IMG/VR virus record: IMGVR_UViG_3300022072_000071
Coordinates: 1-33,108 of that record
Direction: 5' to 3' (one strand)
Source of the DNA: a virus
Taxonomy: Duplodnaviria; Caudoviricetes
Length of the DNA: 33,108 bases
Every line of letters starts with the position of its first letter. The first letter of the stretch is position 1. The notes beneath the pieces are model-generated. The model did not search any database and was not told the DNA's origin. It saw nothing but the letters and a program-made list of their open reading frames with translations. The position numbers were made by a program, and so were the translations under genes. Below, piece after piece: positions 25,301-33,108 of this stretch.

Positions 25301-27142
25301 TCTAAAGAGCAAGCGGTATTCAATGATGCAATTGATAAGATGGGCAAATCACTAGGTGATGTGTCTGCAATCATGCGCGTCGATGTTGCGCAATCAATCA
25401 TTACAATGATGGGCGGGTTGGAGGAATTTACCAGCGCTACTAATGAATACTTTGAGCAGTTTTTCAGTGAGTCAGAACAATTTGATTATTTAGCTAAGTC
25501 GCTAACTGAGTCGATGAGTGGATTGGGCGAAACGCTTCCAAGTACACGAGATGGGTTCCGCGCAATTGTTGATGCGCTTGACTTAACGAGCGAAGCGGAC
25601 CAGCAAGTATTCGCATCATTAATGCGATTAGTTCCGGGCTTAGACGAGTATTATGATGCGATAGAAAAGCAGACCGGCGCAGTATCAAGCGTTGCTGATT
25701 TAACCAATGCTCGTACAAACTTAGAAATAAGATTAGCCGATGCATTAGGAAACAGCTCAGAAGCGCTAGATATGCGCAGAAAGCTAGAGATTGAGTCAAC
25801 TGATGAGTCTTTGCGCGGATTATTGCAACAAATTTATGCAGCGCAAGACTTAGCAAGCGCTAATCAGATAGCTGCTGATGCTGCTCGTGAGCTTGCAGAT
25901 AAAGAATTAGAGATTGCAAACCAGCGTCAAGATTTAGAGCTGCGCTTGATGGATGCATTAGGCATGGAAACTGAGGCTCTAGCGGTGCGCAGACAGTTAG
26001 AGCTTGCATCAATCGACGATACTAATAAAGCACTGTTGATGCAGATATTCGCTGCTGAGGATGCTGCTAAGGCAGAGATTGAGCTAAACGAGGCGAGACA
26101 GAATTCCGCGCAGTCTGCCATTGATGCAGCAAATGCTTTAATTGATGCCGCTAGCAAAATGATGGACGATGCAAACAGTAGAGCGAGTTCATCTATGAGC
26201 TTAGTAGAGCGTGCTGCGAATGCTGAAAAAGAGCAATACAATACATTGCATCAAACAAGATTGGACGCACTAACTAACGAGCATAGTGTGGCGATGTCTG
26301 CCATTGATGCTGAGTCTAATGCCGCAAAAGCTGCGCATGATGCTCAATTAGAATCATTAAACAATCAAAAGTCAGCGGCTGAGGATTCCGTCAATGCTGC
26401 GCGTCAACTTTCTGACTTGTTGAAAAATAACTCAATTGTTGGTGGCATGAATTATGGCACTGCTCAACAAGCTTTAGTCAAAATGCTCTCAGGCGCTAAA
26501 GGTGGCAGCTTGCCAACTTCTGATAGTGTTAGCGCAGTGATTGAAGGATTAAGCCAAGGGCGCACGTTTGGCAGTTCGACAGAGATGTCATTCGAGCAAG
26601 CGGTTAATGCAGCAAGACTTAAAGAGCTTGGTACTTACGCAGATGCACAGTTAAGCGTTGAAGAAATGGTGCTAGCCAGCATCGATGCTCAAATTGAGTC
26701 TGCATCTGCTGCAAATGAAGCACATATGATGCGTTTGGATGATCAAAAATTATTGCTTAAAGCGACTTATGACGAAGCAGTAGCGGCCAATGATGAGTGG
26801 CTGCAAATGCAAATTGATGGCGTTGATAAGATATTAGCAAGCGCTGAAATGCAATTAAATGCATTGCTTGGTATTGATGATAGAATTTTGACGCTATCGG
26901 ATGCAATGTCTGAGTTCACGACTTCTGTAAACAATGCTATGATAGCGCAACAAAACTATGAGCAAACCAACGCACAGCAACAAAATGTTATTGCTAAACA
27001 AACTGAGTTGTTAGAAAAGATGGCTTCGGAGCTTGAAGAAATGAAATTCGCTCAAAACTCAATTGCCAAGAACACAGCGACTAGCGCAAACGTAGCAGAG
27101 CGCACAGAGATAGACGGGCAGGTAGTGAGGATTTCAGCATGA
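22304..27142 (+). CDS. tape measure protein
   Basis: 1612 aa Ala-rich helical protein; QLSQGLAAGALRGDEFNSV tape-measure motif; follows chaperones. Confidence 0.92.
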   Translation: MDTLATIGFRANTDDLTKADTKLKNLATTGDKTEKSITKSSDGMSKGFMSARTATTALTTAVGALGAIIAANRLTQYADEWRSYNNVLKQVAKSEEEFNKIQKQVFDVAKATNSNLKSTAELYGELRRSVESLGVSSDRVLGVVGTINNLFLAGGKSAEEAAGAIRQLSQGLAAGALRGDEFNSVAEGAPRIMDALALKLKMTRGELREFAATGGITSKIMVDALEEYSQQAQRMADITERTWSQTSEVVSSNVAKWAGSSKAVMAATASLGTVLVAMSENIDHLFVGIGAGAAILASSMVPSMIAYVSSLSAAATATGVLTVATKFLLGPFGLVLAAISAATIAFRLSKKASDDDAKSKGKLADELDKLKSAYSSMNEEQNKALRNKYAQTYMQAQQAGMAIDQQRIDVSKKLADAEKKAAESNQRNGDSRNKATNQWAKVAASLKLELAALNVDAKENEKTIGALTKVFEQGLPTLESYSEVVDNTKTSFKGWPEDIKAVSDEMQKLIDRLDPLGAAQRQYAADYDALLGLMADTGDYEEVIRLMGLLDDEFAEFTKKEDEVQKIIDKTQSLGSSWTQTGSIIVDAFGNMSDAIDDYSSKMEKITDLEKVWIGVRDNAKSSTAQKMQAEQALADLTTESQKTQIGLLSKTAGAASSLFKEQSKERKALHAMEKGFAAIEIAMSLQKGLAAAASGAAKMFEQSGWGGFAGVAAMGVVLGGMGLAVSGGGGGSYTKPESGTGTVLGDSEASSSSVSNSMSEYKDIAYDQLSELEKISNGLTGLSDGIAKLATSLISSTSFGGGGAELKSSNFLDSKLGGVLRKLDPVARIMDAIGLGDIADKIFGSFSSKKQKLIDSGLKFDSQSMANIMSDGFEGYYYNVIETTKKKFWGLSKKTSTDTQFSGVESAILDQISSIFNYLGQTVSSSVDSLGIDTAKTIESFKVSLGSISFEDMTGEEIQKKLEQVIGQKGDLLAAYVLPQITEYQQIGEGALETLLRVSKEQAVFNDAIDKMGKSLGDVSAIMRVDVAQSIITMMGGLEEFTSATNEYFEQFFSESEQFDYLAKSLTESMSGLGETLPSTRDGFRAIVDALDLTSEADQQVFASLMRLVPGLDEYYDAIEKQTGAVSSVADLTNARTNLEIRLADALGNSSEALDMRRKLEIESTDESLRGLLQQIYAAQDLASANQIAADAARELADKELEIANQRQDLELRLMDALGMETEALAVRRQLELASIDDTNKALLMQIFAAEDAAKAEIELNEARQNSAQSAIDAANALIDAASKMMDDANSRASSSMSLVERAANAEKEQYNTLHQTRLDALTNEHSVAMSAIDAESNAAKAAHDAQLESLNNQKSAAEDSVNAARQLSDLLKNNSIVGGMNYGTAQQALVKMLSGAKGGSLPTSDSVSAVIEGLSQGRTFGSSTEMSFEQAVNAARLKELGTYADAQLSVEEMVLASIDAQIESASAANEAHMMRLDDQKLLLKATYDEAVAANDEWLQMQIDGVDKILASAEMQLNALLGIDDRILTLSDAMSEFTTSVNNAMIAQQNYEQTNAQQQNVIAKQTELLEKMASELEEMKFAQNSIAKNTATSANVAERTEIDGQVVRISA

Positions 27143-28053
27143 TAGTTATCAAGCCTTACGCCATCACTGACGCGATGCTAACGAGTGATATACCAGAGCC
27201 TGATACGGGCGAAACGGTATGGGTGGCTGGCAGCTATTCGATTGGTGACGAGCGGATAAGCACTGTTACCCATAAAATATATAAATCCATTGTTGATAGC
27301 AACACTCTTGATCCAACTCTTGATGTTTACACTGATGGAGTTGGCGAAAAGTGGTTAATAGTTGGACCCACTAATAGATGGGCATTCACTGACGGAATTA
27401 TCAGCAATCCATCTGTCGGCAACTCGCCTCTTAATATGGGGTTTACTATTAGGCGCAACGTTGACGGAGTGGCAGTATTTGGATTGAGTGGCGTATCGTC
27501 TGCCATTGTGACTGTTGACGATCCTGCTGGTGGGGAGGTTTACAATAGAGAGGTTAGACTAACGGATAATAGCGCTGTCACTGGCTTTTATTCTTATTTG
27601 TTTCAGCCAGTTGTTAGGCAGACTCAGTTTGTTTTAGTTGACTTGCCGCTGTACGTGAATGCTACTGTTAACTTTGAATTTAACGGCTCAGATCCTCTCG
27701 ATATTGGAGAGATTGTTTTAGGGAAGCAAATTGATTTAGGCGTTGCGGTTTATGGTTGCGGGTTCAAGCTATTGGATTTTTCTATTGCCAACACGGACGA
27801 ATTTGGAAACTTTACCGGCGTTACTCGTCGCAGATTTAGTAAGTTAGTTGATTTTGATGTTAGAATAGAGAAAAGTAGATTAAACTTTGTTTATAATACG
27901 CTTTCAGACCTTCGAGCAACTAGCGCGGTTTGGATTGGCGAAGGGACAGAAGATGACGCGACGCTAGCGTTAGGGTATTATAGGAATAATCAAATTAACA
28001 TTAATGCGCCCAGTTATTGCTCGGCAACAATTCAAGTTCAGAGTGTAATATAA
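27139..28053 (+). CDS. distal tail / tail-tip protein
   Basis: ATGA overlap with tape measure; GPTNRWA, LDFS...DEFGN motifs. Confidence 0.65.
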   Translation: MIVIKPYAITDAMLTSDIPEPDTGETVWVAGSYSIGDERISTVTHKIYKSIVDSNTLDPTLDVYTDGVGEKWLIVGPTNRWAFTDGIISNPSVGNSPLNMGFTIRRNVDGVAVFGLSGVSSAIVTVDDPAGGEVYNREVRLTDNSAVTGFYSYLFQPVVRQTQFVLVDLPLYVNATVNFEFNGSDPLDIGEIVLGKQIDLGVAVYGCGFKLLDFSIANTDEFGNFTGVTRRRFSKLVDFDVRIEKSRLNFVYNTLSDLRATSAVWIGEGTEDDATLALGYYRNNQININAPSYCSATIQVQSVI

Positions 28054-28725
28054 ATGGCAGAAATAACACAGGTAATACCAGATTATACAGGAACGCCACC
28101 TAATAGGTTCGATCAGCTTGAGGATGAATTCTCTGATAACGCTGATTTTTTTGCCGCTTATTTTGCTACGGTTCCGACTGATTATAATGCTTTTGCAACT
28201 CAGGCCAATGCCGTTGCTGTAGAGGTGAACGCTAACGCGACATTGGCAACTGGAGCCGCTGCATCATCCGCAGCCGCCGCTAATTTTGAAGGACTTTGGT
28301 CTACGCTAACAGGTGAGGGGTTATCTGGTATAAGCGTTCAGCACGACGGCGCTTTGTGGCGGCTTGTTAATTATTTAGCTGATATAACAGCAAGTGAGCC
28401 AAGCGGAACAAATGCAGACTGGGTTTATGTTAGTGGGACGCGATGGTCTACGTTAACCGCATCCGCAACAATTGCGGCAAATGCTAGTTACATCATAGTT
28501 GCTACCGCTGGCGTGACTGAGTTAACGCAGCCAACGTGGGAGGTTGATGATTTTGTTGTTATTAAAAATAGCATTGATAGCACTCAGATTGTAAGGTTTT
28601 TGAATCCTTCGAATACAATTAAAGGCGACATCGGAACAATATCATCTGGTGATGACTTGATAATACCGGCTGGCGATACCGTGCACCTAGTTGCCAGATC
28701 TGCTAGTTTATTGGAGACTGCGTAA
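28054..28725 (+). CDS. tail protein (fibre/adaptor-like)
   Basis: SVQHDGALWRL...SEPSGTNADW motif; position in tail-tip cluster. Confidence 0.6.
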   Translation: MAEITQVIPDYTGTPPNRFDQLEDEFSDNADFFAAYFATVPTDYNAFATQANAVAVEVNANATLATGAAASSAAAANFEGLWSTLTGEGLSGISVQHDGALWRLVNYLADITASEPSGTNADWVYVSGTRWSTLTASATIAANASYIIVATAGVTELTQPTWEVDDFVVIKNSIDSTQIVRFLNPSNTIKGDIGTISSGDDLIIPAGDTVHLVARSASLLETA

Positions 28726-29133
28726 ATGAGTGATGTAATACTTAGTAATATAAAGAGTTCTGGCGGCCTTCCTATTTTAGCGCCGGACTTAACGTTTCCT
28801 TCAGCAAAGTTTAGTAGCGCCCTAACTTTTAAAACAGTTAGCGGAATAAATGCTGTCGGTTCATTAACGACAGCTATTTCGCTTACTGGGAAATGGGCTA
28901 CTAGCTTAGCTAGACTAACGGGCATTACAGAAAGCGAATCTGTAACAGTTAAGCTTACTATTGACGGTGTTGTTATATGGAATGCATCAACATCTGTAAC
29001 TGGTGGAACTTTATTTCTAATTGGGTCATCGCCGGAATCTGCAATTCGGTGCAATCAGTCTTTTCTTCTTGAAGTTCAAACAACTGCCGACACGTCAATA
29101 GCACTTGATTATTTAGCGAGGCCAATATTATGA
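28726..29133 (+). CDS. putative tail-tip structural protein
   Basis: Beta-rich 135 aa, contiguous operon. Confidence 0.55.
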   Translation: MSDVILSNIKSSGGLPILAPDLTFPSAKFSSALTFKTVSGINAVGSLTTAISLTGKWATSLARLTGITESESVTVKLTIDGVVIWNASTSVTGGTLFLIGSSPESAIRCNQSFLLEVQTTADTSIALDYLARPIL

Positions 29134-29450
29134 GCTTAAATACAATATTTGATAATGGCGTCCATAAGATAGAAAGCGCTGGCGTAATTGGGTCACCTGC
29201 GCCAATCCGCAAAATAACAAAGGGGTCAATGAGAAGTCGATTTACCATTGCTGAAAAAGTTGCGATTAAGGTAAGTTCAGATCCTATTGTTCAAGTTCTT
29301 GCTGAGGATATGAATAATTCAAGTCACGCAGACTTAGATTATCAAGAGTTAATCGACGGGCTGAATTATTTGCAATCTGTCGGAATTATTGCCGGTGGCC
29401 GCGTTACTGAACTGCTGGCAGATGGAACACAAGAAGAATCTTTTTATTAA
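29130..29450 (+). CDS. putative tail fibre assembly-type protein
   Basis: RSRFTIAEK...DGLNYLQSVGII...RVTELL pattern seen after tail fibre genes. Confidence 0.55.
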   Translation: MSLNTIFDNGVHKIESAGVIGSPAPIRKITKGSMRSRFTIAEKVAIKVSSDPIVQVLAEDMNNSSHADLDYQELIDGLNYLQSVGIIAGGRVTELLADGTQEESFY

Positions 29451-29462
29451 AACGAGGCTATT

Positions 29463-29810
29463 ATGAAACTTTCAGATTTTGTATCAACAACAAAGCAAGA
29501 GAATGTAAATAATAATATTATTTGTATTGGATTTCTTGATAAGTCAGACCCTAAAAACCCAGACGTTTTGCAACCTGCGTTATTAAAGCAAAACGGTAAT
29601 GATTGGGATATAGTAAAACTGTATGACACATTGCCTTCAAACATTCAGGAGGATGTATCTCCTGAAATGATAGCAACATTAATAATTAATGATTTCAACA
29701 AGGAAATATCGAAACTGTCGGGAGGGTCATTAACTTGGAGTCAGCAGTTAATATTGATATTTCAAACGCGGTTGGCGATGGTTAATAATCAATTTATTTT
29801 AAATCCATAA
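29463..29810 (+). CDS. hypothetical protein
   Basis: 115 aa, GAGG RBS, AT-rich. Confidence 0.65.
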   Translation: MKLSDFVSTTKQENVNNNIICIGFLDKSDPKNPDVLQPALLKQNGNDWDIVKLYDTLPSNIQEDVSPEMIATLIINDFNKEISKLSGGSLTWSQQLILIFQTRLAMVNNQFILNP

Positions 29811-29826
29811 ACTAAAGAGGTGTAAA

Positions 29827-29877
29827 ATGGGCAACAAGACAAAAGGTAAAGGCAAGGGCGGCACTGGTAAAAAGTAA
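29827..29877 (+). CDS. 16-aa Lys/Gly-rich leader peptide
   Basis: GAGGTG RBS; MGNKTKGKGKGGTGKK; TAATG overlap with next gene. Confidence 0.55.
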   Translation: MGNKTKGKGKGGTGKK

Positions 29878-30329
29878 TGACCGATGCCATTTTGATGGGC
29901 TGCTTTTTAGCGGCCCTTTATTTTAACAGGTTAATGTATCCGGCTGTATTGTCGTATGCTATCACATGCTTATATATTTCAACTTTATTTGATTCACACT
30001 CCGCAGTAATTAATCATGTTATTTACGGGTTAATATTTATCCCGCCTTGCTTTGTTGCTACAATGCGACTATCTGCCGCGATGCTTTGGTATTCAACTTT
30101 CCATCTTGTTGTAGCAATTGATTATTTTATCTACCCAGAAACGGTAACGCTTATTTCATATTTATATAATTACATACAAATTGCGTTAGCTATAAGTCTT
30201 ATTTACGTTGGGTTTGAGGCATCACATGACAGCACAAACAGTTTACGAAATAGGGGCTATAGCTTTTCTGGGGTGGGCGATATATGGCACTTTCAAACAC
30301 ATAAGAAAACGGAAAATAAAACACGATGA
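29877..30329 (+). CDS. multi-pass membrane protein
   Basis: About four hydrophobic segments; adjacent to lysis genes. Confidence 0.7.
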   Translation: MTDAILMGCFLAALYFNRLMYPAVLSYAITCLYISTLFDSHSAVINHVIYGLIFIPPCFVATMRLSAAMLWYSTFHLVVAIDYFIYPETVTLISYLYNYIQIALAISLIYVGFEASHDSTNSLRNRGYSFSGVGDIWHFQTHKKTENKTR

Positions 30330-30652
30330 ATTTATTAAGAGCAATCAGCGACCACGGGAACCCGATGCTGAGTAAGTTAATTAATTATTTTGGTGTTGGT
30401 GTTGGTGTTGGAGGTGGAACAGTTCAAGTTGCAGCCTCGCAAATACATAACAACCCAATTGTTGACGCTTGCGCAAATGCTGCACCGGATTGGATAGTGT
30501 ACGCGCCAATCGTTGGGGTGGTGTCGCTTGTTATTAAAAACGCTGCCGATTTTATTTTTAGACGTATCGAGCATAAACACAAAATGCGTGAGATAAATGA
30601 AGATAATATTCGCAAGAAACAAACATTGGATAAGTCGGTGGATTCAGAGTGA
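30326..30652 (+). CDS. putative holin/antiholin-like membrane protein
   Basis: Hydrophobic segments with charged C-terminus in lysis cluster. Confidence 0.45.
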   Translation: MNLLRAISDHGNPMLSKLINYFGVGVGVGGGTVQVAASQIHNNPIVDACANAAPDWIVYAPIVGVVSLVIKNAADFIFRRIEHKHKMREINEDNIRKKQTLDKSVDSE

Positions 30653-31058
30653 AACATGGTCGCGTTGGTCCCATGTTGGCATAGTTGATGGCGATTATGT
30701 AATCGAGGCAAAAGGTATTGCTGTTTGGCCTATGTTGCTAGTATTGCTAGGATTGAAAAAGAATTCAATAAAACTTGGTGGCGTAGTTGAAACGCCTATT
30801 AGTGAGTTTTTAGAAAAGTATAAAATGGTTCGATATGCCTATCTCGATGGCGACATAGAAAGAGCTAGGGCGCTTGTCGGAAAAGCAATGTTCGACCCTT
30901 GGGGCTTAATCGGTATATACCTAAAAAAGCGCATAGACTGTCATGACAAATTCTTTTGTGCAAAGCTTGTGGCTTATTGCGCCACCCACTATAGAGACAG
31001 GTTTATACATCGAGCCACTGCTCAACGAATACTTGAAATAAGTAGGGATGAAGAATGA
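30597..31058 (+). CDS. permuted NlpC/P60 papain-like hydrolase (YiiX/YebB-like)
   Basis: WSHVGIVDG..VIEA with His before Cys, FD.WG, FFCAKLVA. Confidence 0.7.
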   Translation: MKIIFARNKHWISRWIQSETWSRWSHVGIVDGDYVIEAKGIAVWPMLLVLLGLKKNSIKLGGVVETPISEFLEKYKMVRYAYLDGDIERARALVGKAMFDPWGLIGIYLKKRIDCHDKFFCAKLVAYCATHYRDRFIHRATAQRILEISRDEE

Positions 31059-31402
31059 CACACTCATTAGGTGATAAACAAAGGTTATTTACAAGACTTG
31101 TATCTGACTTGCTAAACTTTATTCACACAAGAGGTTATGAGGTTACTTTTGGTGACGCATACAGAGATACCAGATTGCATGGTGAATTAGGCGTCAAAAT
31201 TGCTTACGGTCACAAAAATAGCTGTCATAAAATTAGATTGGCTATTGACCTTAATTTATTTAAAGATGGCGTGTATCTAACAACAGATAAAGACCATGAA
31301 CCAATTGGTTTATATTGGGAATCTCTAAACCCATTGTGCCGCTGGGGCGGAAGGTTTAAAGACGGAAATCATTATTCTTTAGAGCATAATGGGAGTATGT
31401 AA
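31055..31402 (+). CDS. endolysin, peptidase M15 family
   Basis: SCHKIRLAIDL and WGGRFKDGNHYS Zn-peptidase motifs. Confidence 0.85.
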   Translation: MTHSLGDKQRLFTRLVSDLLNFIHTRGYEVTFGDAYRDTRLHGELGVKIAYGHKNSCHKIRLAIDLNLFKDGVYLTTDKDHEPIGLYWESLNPLCRWGGRFKDGNHYSLEHNGSM

Positions 31403-31854
31403 TGGACTTAAACCCACTATCCGCACTTTTCGACATTGGCAAAATAGCCATTGAAAAAATATGGCCTGACCCTACAAAACAGGCAGAGCAACTATTTAAA
31501 CTTGAGGAACTAAGGCAAAAGGGTGATTTGGCAGAGCTTAACGCTCATGTGCAATCACTAACTGGGCAGCTTGAAATAAACAAGGTTGAAGCCGGTCACG
31601 CTAGTATATTTGTAGCAGGCTGGCGTCCATTTGTGGGATGGTGCTGTGGATTTGCGTTATTGTATGCGTCAATACTTGAGCCTTTAATGCGGTTCATTGC
31701 GACCATGTTCGGATACGCTGGCACATTCCCAATCATAGACACAAACACGACAATGCAAGTATTGCTTGGCATGCTTGGTCTAGTTGGCGCCAGAAGCTAC
31801 GAAAAGAAAAATAAGGTGCAAAGAGATAGTTTAAAGGCTAACTCAAACCCCTAA
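31402..31854 (+). CDS. holin (3TM / GTA-holin-like family)
   Basis: FVAGWRPFVGW...LLGMLGL.GARSYEK motif. Confidence 0.8.
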   Translation: MDLNPLSALFDIGKIAIEKIWPDPTKQAEQLFKLEELRQKGDLAELNAHVQSLTGQLEINKVEAGHASIFVAGWRPFVGWCCGFALLYASILEPLMRFIATMFGYAGTFPIIDTNTTMQVLLGMLGLVGARSYEKKNKVQRDSLKANSNP

Positions 31855-32029
31855 GGCTATGCCCCAATAACATCATTTTGTTTTTGATTGCTTTAACGGG
31901 TACGCCCGTCTGCTTTTCGATATCAGACAGTTTTGTTTTTGCTTTAACCAAATCGACAACACGTCTTAGTATCTTCTCGTCATTGAACTTTGGCTTGTTG
32001 GATTTTCTGTTCCATGTTGGTTTGTTCAT
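31838..32029 (-). CDS. small basic HTH-like protein
   Basis: KLSDIEKQTGVPVKAIK resembles an HTH; ATGA overlap. Confidence 0.55.
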   Translation of the reverse strand: MNKPTWNRKSNKPKFNDEKILRRVVDLVKAKTKLSDIEKQTGVPVKAIKNKMMLLGHSLRGLS

Positions 32030-32250
32030 TTTGGCGGCTCCGGTAATGGCATCCAGTGGGTCGGGCTTGTAGATGCAAATTTACACCAAAAATTTATAGT
32101 ATTGCCTGCCTCAAAGTCATCTATGTAAACAGTATGGTCGCCAATTTTACCAAAGCAAATAACCTCAACACTATTGTAGTTTAGATTTTTATCAACCATT
32201 TCTTGTTTAGTTATTGGCAATCTATCCTTAACGCTTATCCATTCACTCAT
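32026..32250 (-). CDS. DUF551-family protein
   Basis: MSEWISVKDRLP...THWMPLPEPPK; start at ATG 32250. Confidence 0.8.
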   Translation of the reverse strand: MSEWISVKDRLPITKQEMVDKNLNYNSVEVICFGKIGDHTVYIDDFEAGNTINFWCKFASTSPTHWMPLPEPPK

Positions 32251-32419
32251 GAAAATCCACCTTATCAATAGCCAAGCATTCGGCCTCGTCAATATCCAAT
32301 CCAGACATTTCTAAATAGTTAGAAAACTGGTCGTAAGCGTTACCCATCAATACCCCGTTCGATGTAGTAAACTTTTGTTCTTTGTTGTTGATTATGCATG
32401 TGCAGCTGAATTCGGTCAT
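32243..32419 (-). CDS. small hypothetical protein (58 aa)
   Basis: Read by hand: MTEFSCTCIINNKEQKF...; overlaps both neighbours; AGGA RBS. Confidence 0.6.
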   Translation of the reverse strand: MTEFSCTCIINNKEQKFTTSNGVLMGNAYDQFSNYLEMSGLDIDEAECLAIDKVDFHE

Positions 32420-32928
32420 TTTGCATTCCTTAGCAAACTAACATCAAAGTTAGATTCTATAAATTTAATTGCTAGTTTTTGATTAACTCCATTGCCTAGT
32501 TTTGTATAAATAACTTTTAAATCGTCATCTGAAAAATTAACGCATAGGTATGATTTAAACCCACGTTTAAACCAGTTTTTCCAGTACGGTGTAACATGTT
32601 TATGAGCACTACGAGAAACCCACTCTATAAATTTTCGCTTAAAGTTTATTTCAATCTCATCAGCTTCAAGACTAAGCAAATCGTAAAGCATAAAATAAAC
32701 GTTATTTTTAGGCTCTATTATTAATTCATAAATATCATTAATATAACAGCTATCAAAATATATACTTAATTGCTCAATGCATTCCTCTATTTTTTTATGG
32801 TGATTTAACTTTCCGATAGGTACATATTCAAGGTCTTCATACCCTGATTTTTCGTACGTTTTCGGCTTAGACATAGAAAAGCTTAAAGTGCACTCTCCGC
32901 TAGTTTGTATACTCACAACGCCACCCAT
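32416..32928 (-). CDS. hypothetical protein
   Basis: 170 aa ORF; FSDDDLKVIYTKLGNGVNQKLAIKFIESNFD. Confidence 0.7.
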   Translation of the reverse strand: MGGVVSIQTSGECTLSFSMSKPKTYEKSGYEDLEYVPIGKLNHHKKIEECIEQLSIYFDSCYINDIYELIIEPKNNVYFMLYDLLSLEADEIEINFKRKFIEWVSRSAHKHVTPYWKNWFKRGFKSYLCVNFSDDDLKVIYTKLGNGVNQKLAIKFIESNFDVSLLRNAK

Positions 32929-33032
32929 TCATTTCTGATAACTTCATTAACTTGCGAGACTGTTAAACCTTCACGGTTTGCAATCCATTCAATTGTACGG
33001 CCGTTGAGCCAGTGGTTTAGGATGCTTTTCAT
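32913..33032 (-). CDS. small HTH-like protein (39 aa)
   Basis: Read by hand: AGGAG RBS; GRTIEWIANREGLTVSQVNEVI. Confidence 0.55.
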   Translation of the reverse strand: MKSILNHWLNGRTIEWIANREGLTVSQVNEVIRNEWVAL

Positions 33033-33108
33033 TATTCAAGTCTCCTTAATTGTCTTTGTTGTTTCATATCTTTAAATTTATTACAAAAACCAATTACGTC
33101 ATTTGGGG

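Noticed and set aside
22528-26241. Several minus-strand ORFs of 64-206 aa inside the tape measure gene
   Set aside because: Typical antisense shadows of Ala/Ser-rich coding sequence, with no RBS or recognisable motifs.
1-33108. tRNA or rRNA genes
   Set aside because: No cloverleaf with T-loop GTTCRA and acceptor stem was seen in the intergenic gaps by eye; tRNAscan-SE was not run.

Overview
A 33 kb segment of a tailed dsDNA phage (siphovirus-type; host probably a marine gammaproteobacterium, inferred from gene types only). It carries the virion-morphogenesis and lysis module on the + strand: terS, terL, minor head protein, portal, scaffold, major capsid, a beta-helix spike, neck genes, tail tube, a frameshifted tail chaperone, tape measure, tail tip and lysis genes. 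The module is interrupted by many small accessory genes, mostly antisense. The main unexplained signal is a 15-bp palindrome, ACTGGT-N3-ACCA(G/C)T, found 11 times in intergenic gaps. In 10 of 11 copies it lies 17-18 nt upstream of a (TGTGn)TAnnnT -10 element facing an accessory gene, replacing the -35 box. Several copies also sit inside the divergent structural-gene promoter. The motif and geometry resemble the operator of the host fatty-acid sensor FadR (GntR family), and I see no GntR gene in the window, which suggests a host-metabolism-coupled phage regulon or switch (inference). Also notable: a ~540 bp ORF-free, stem- and pseudoknot-rich candidate ncRNA, two three-way-junction leader RNAs with anti-SD loops, and a duplicated accessory cassette. 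All protein family calls come from motif recognition, not database searches.
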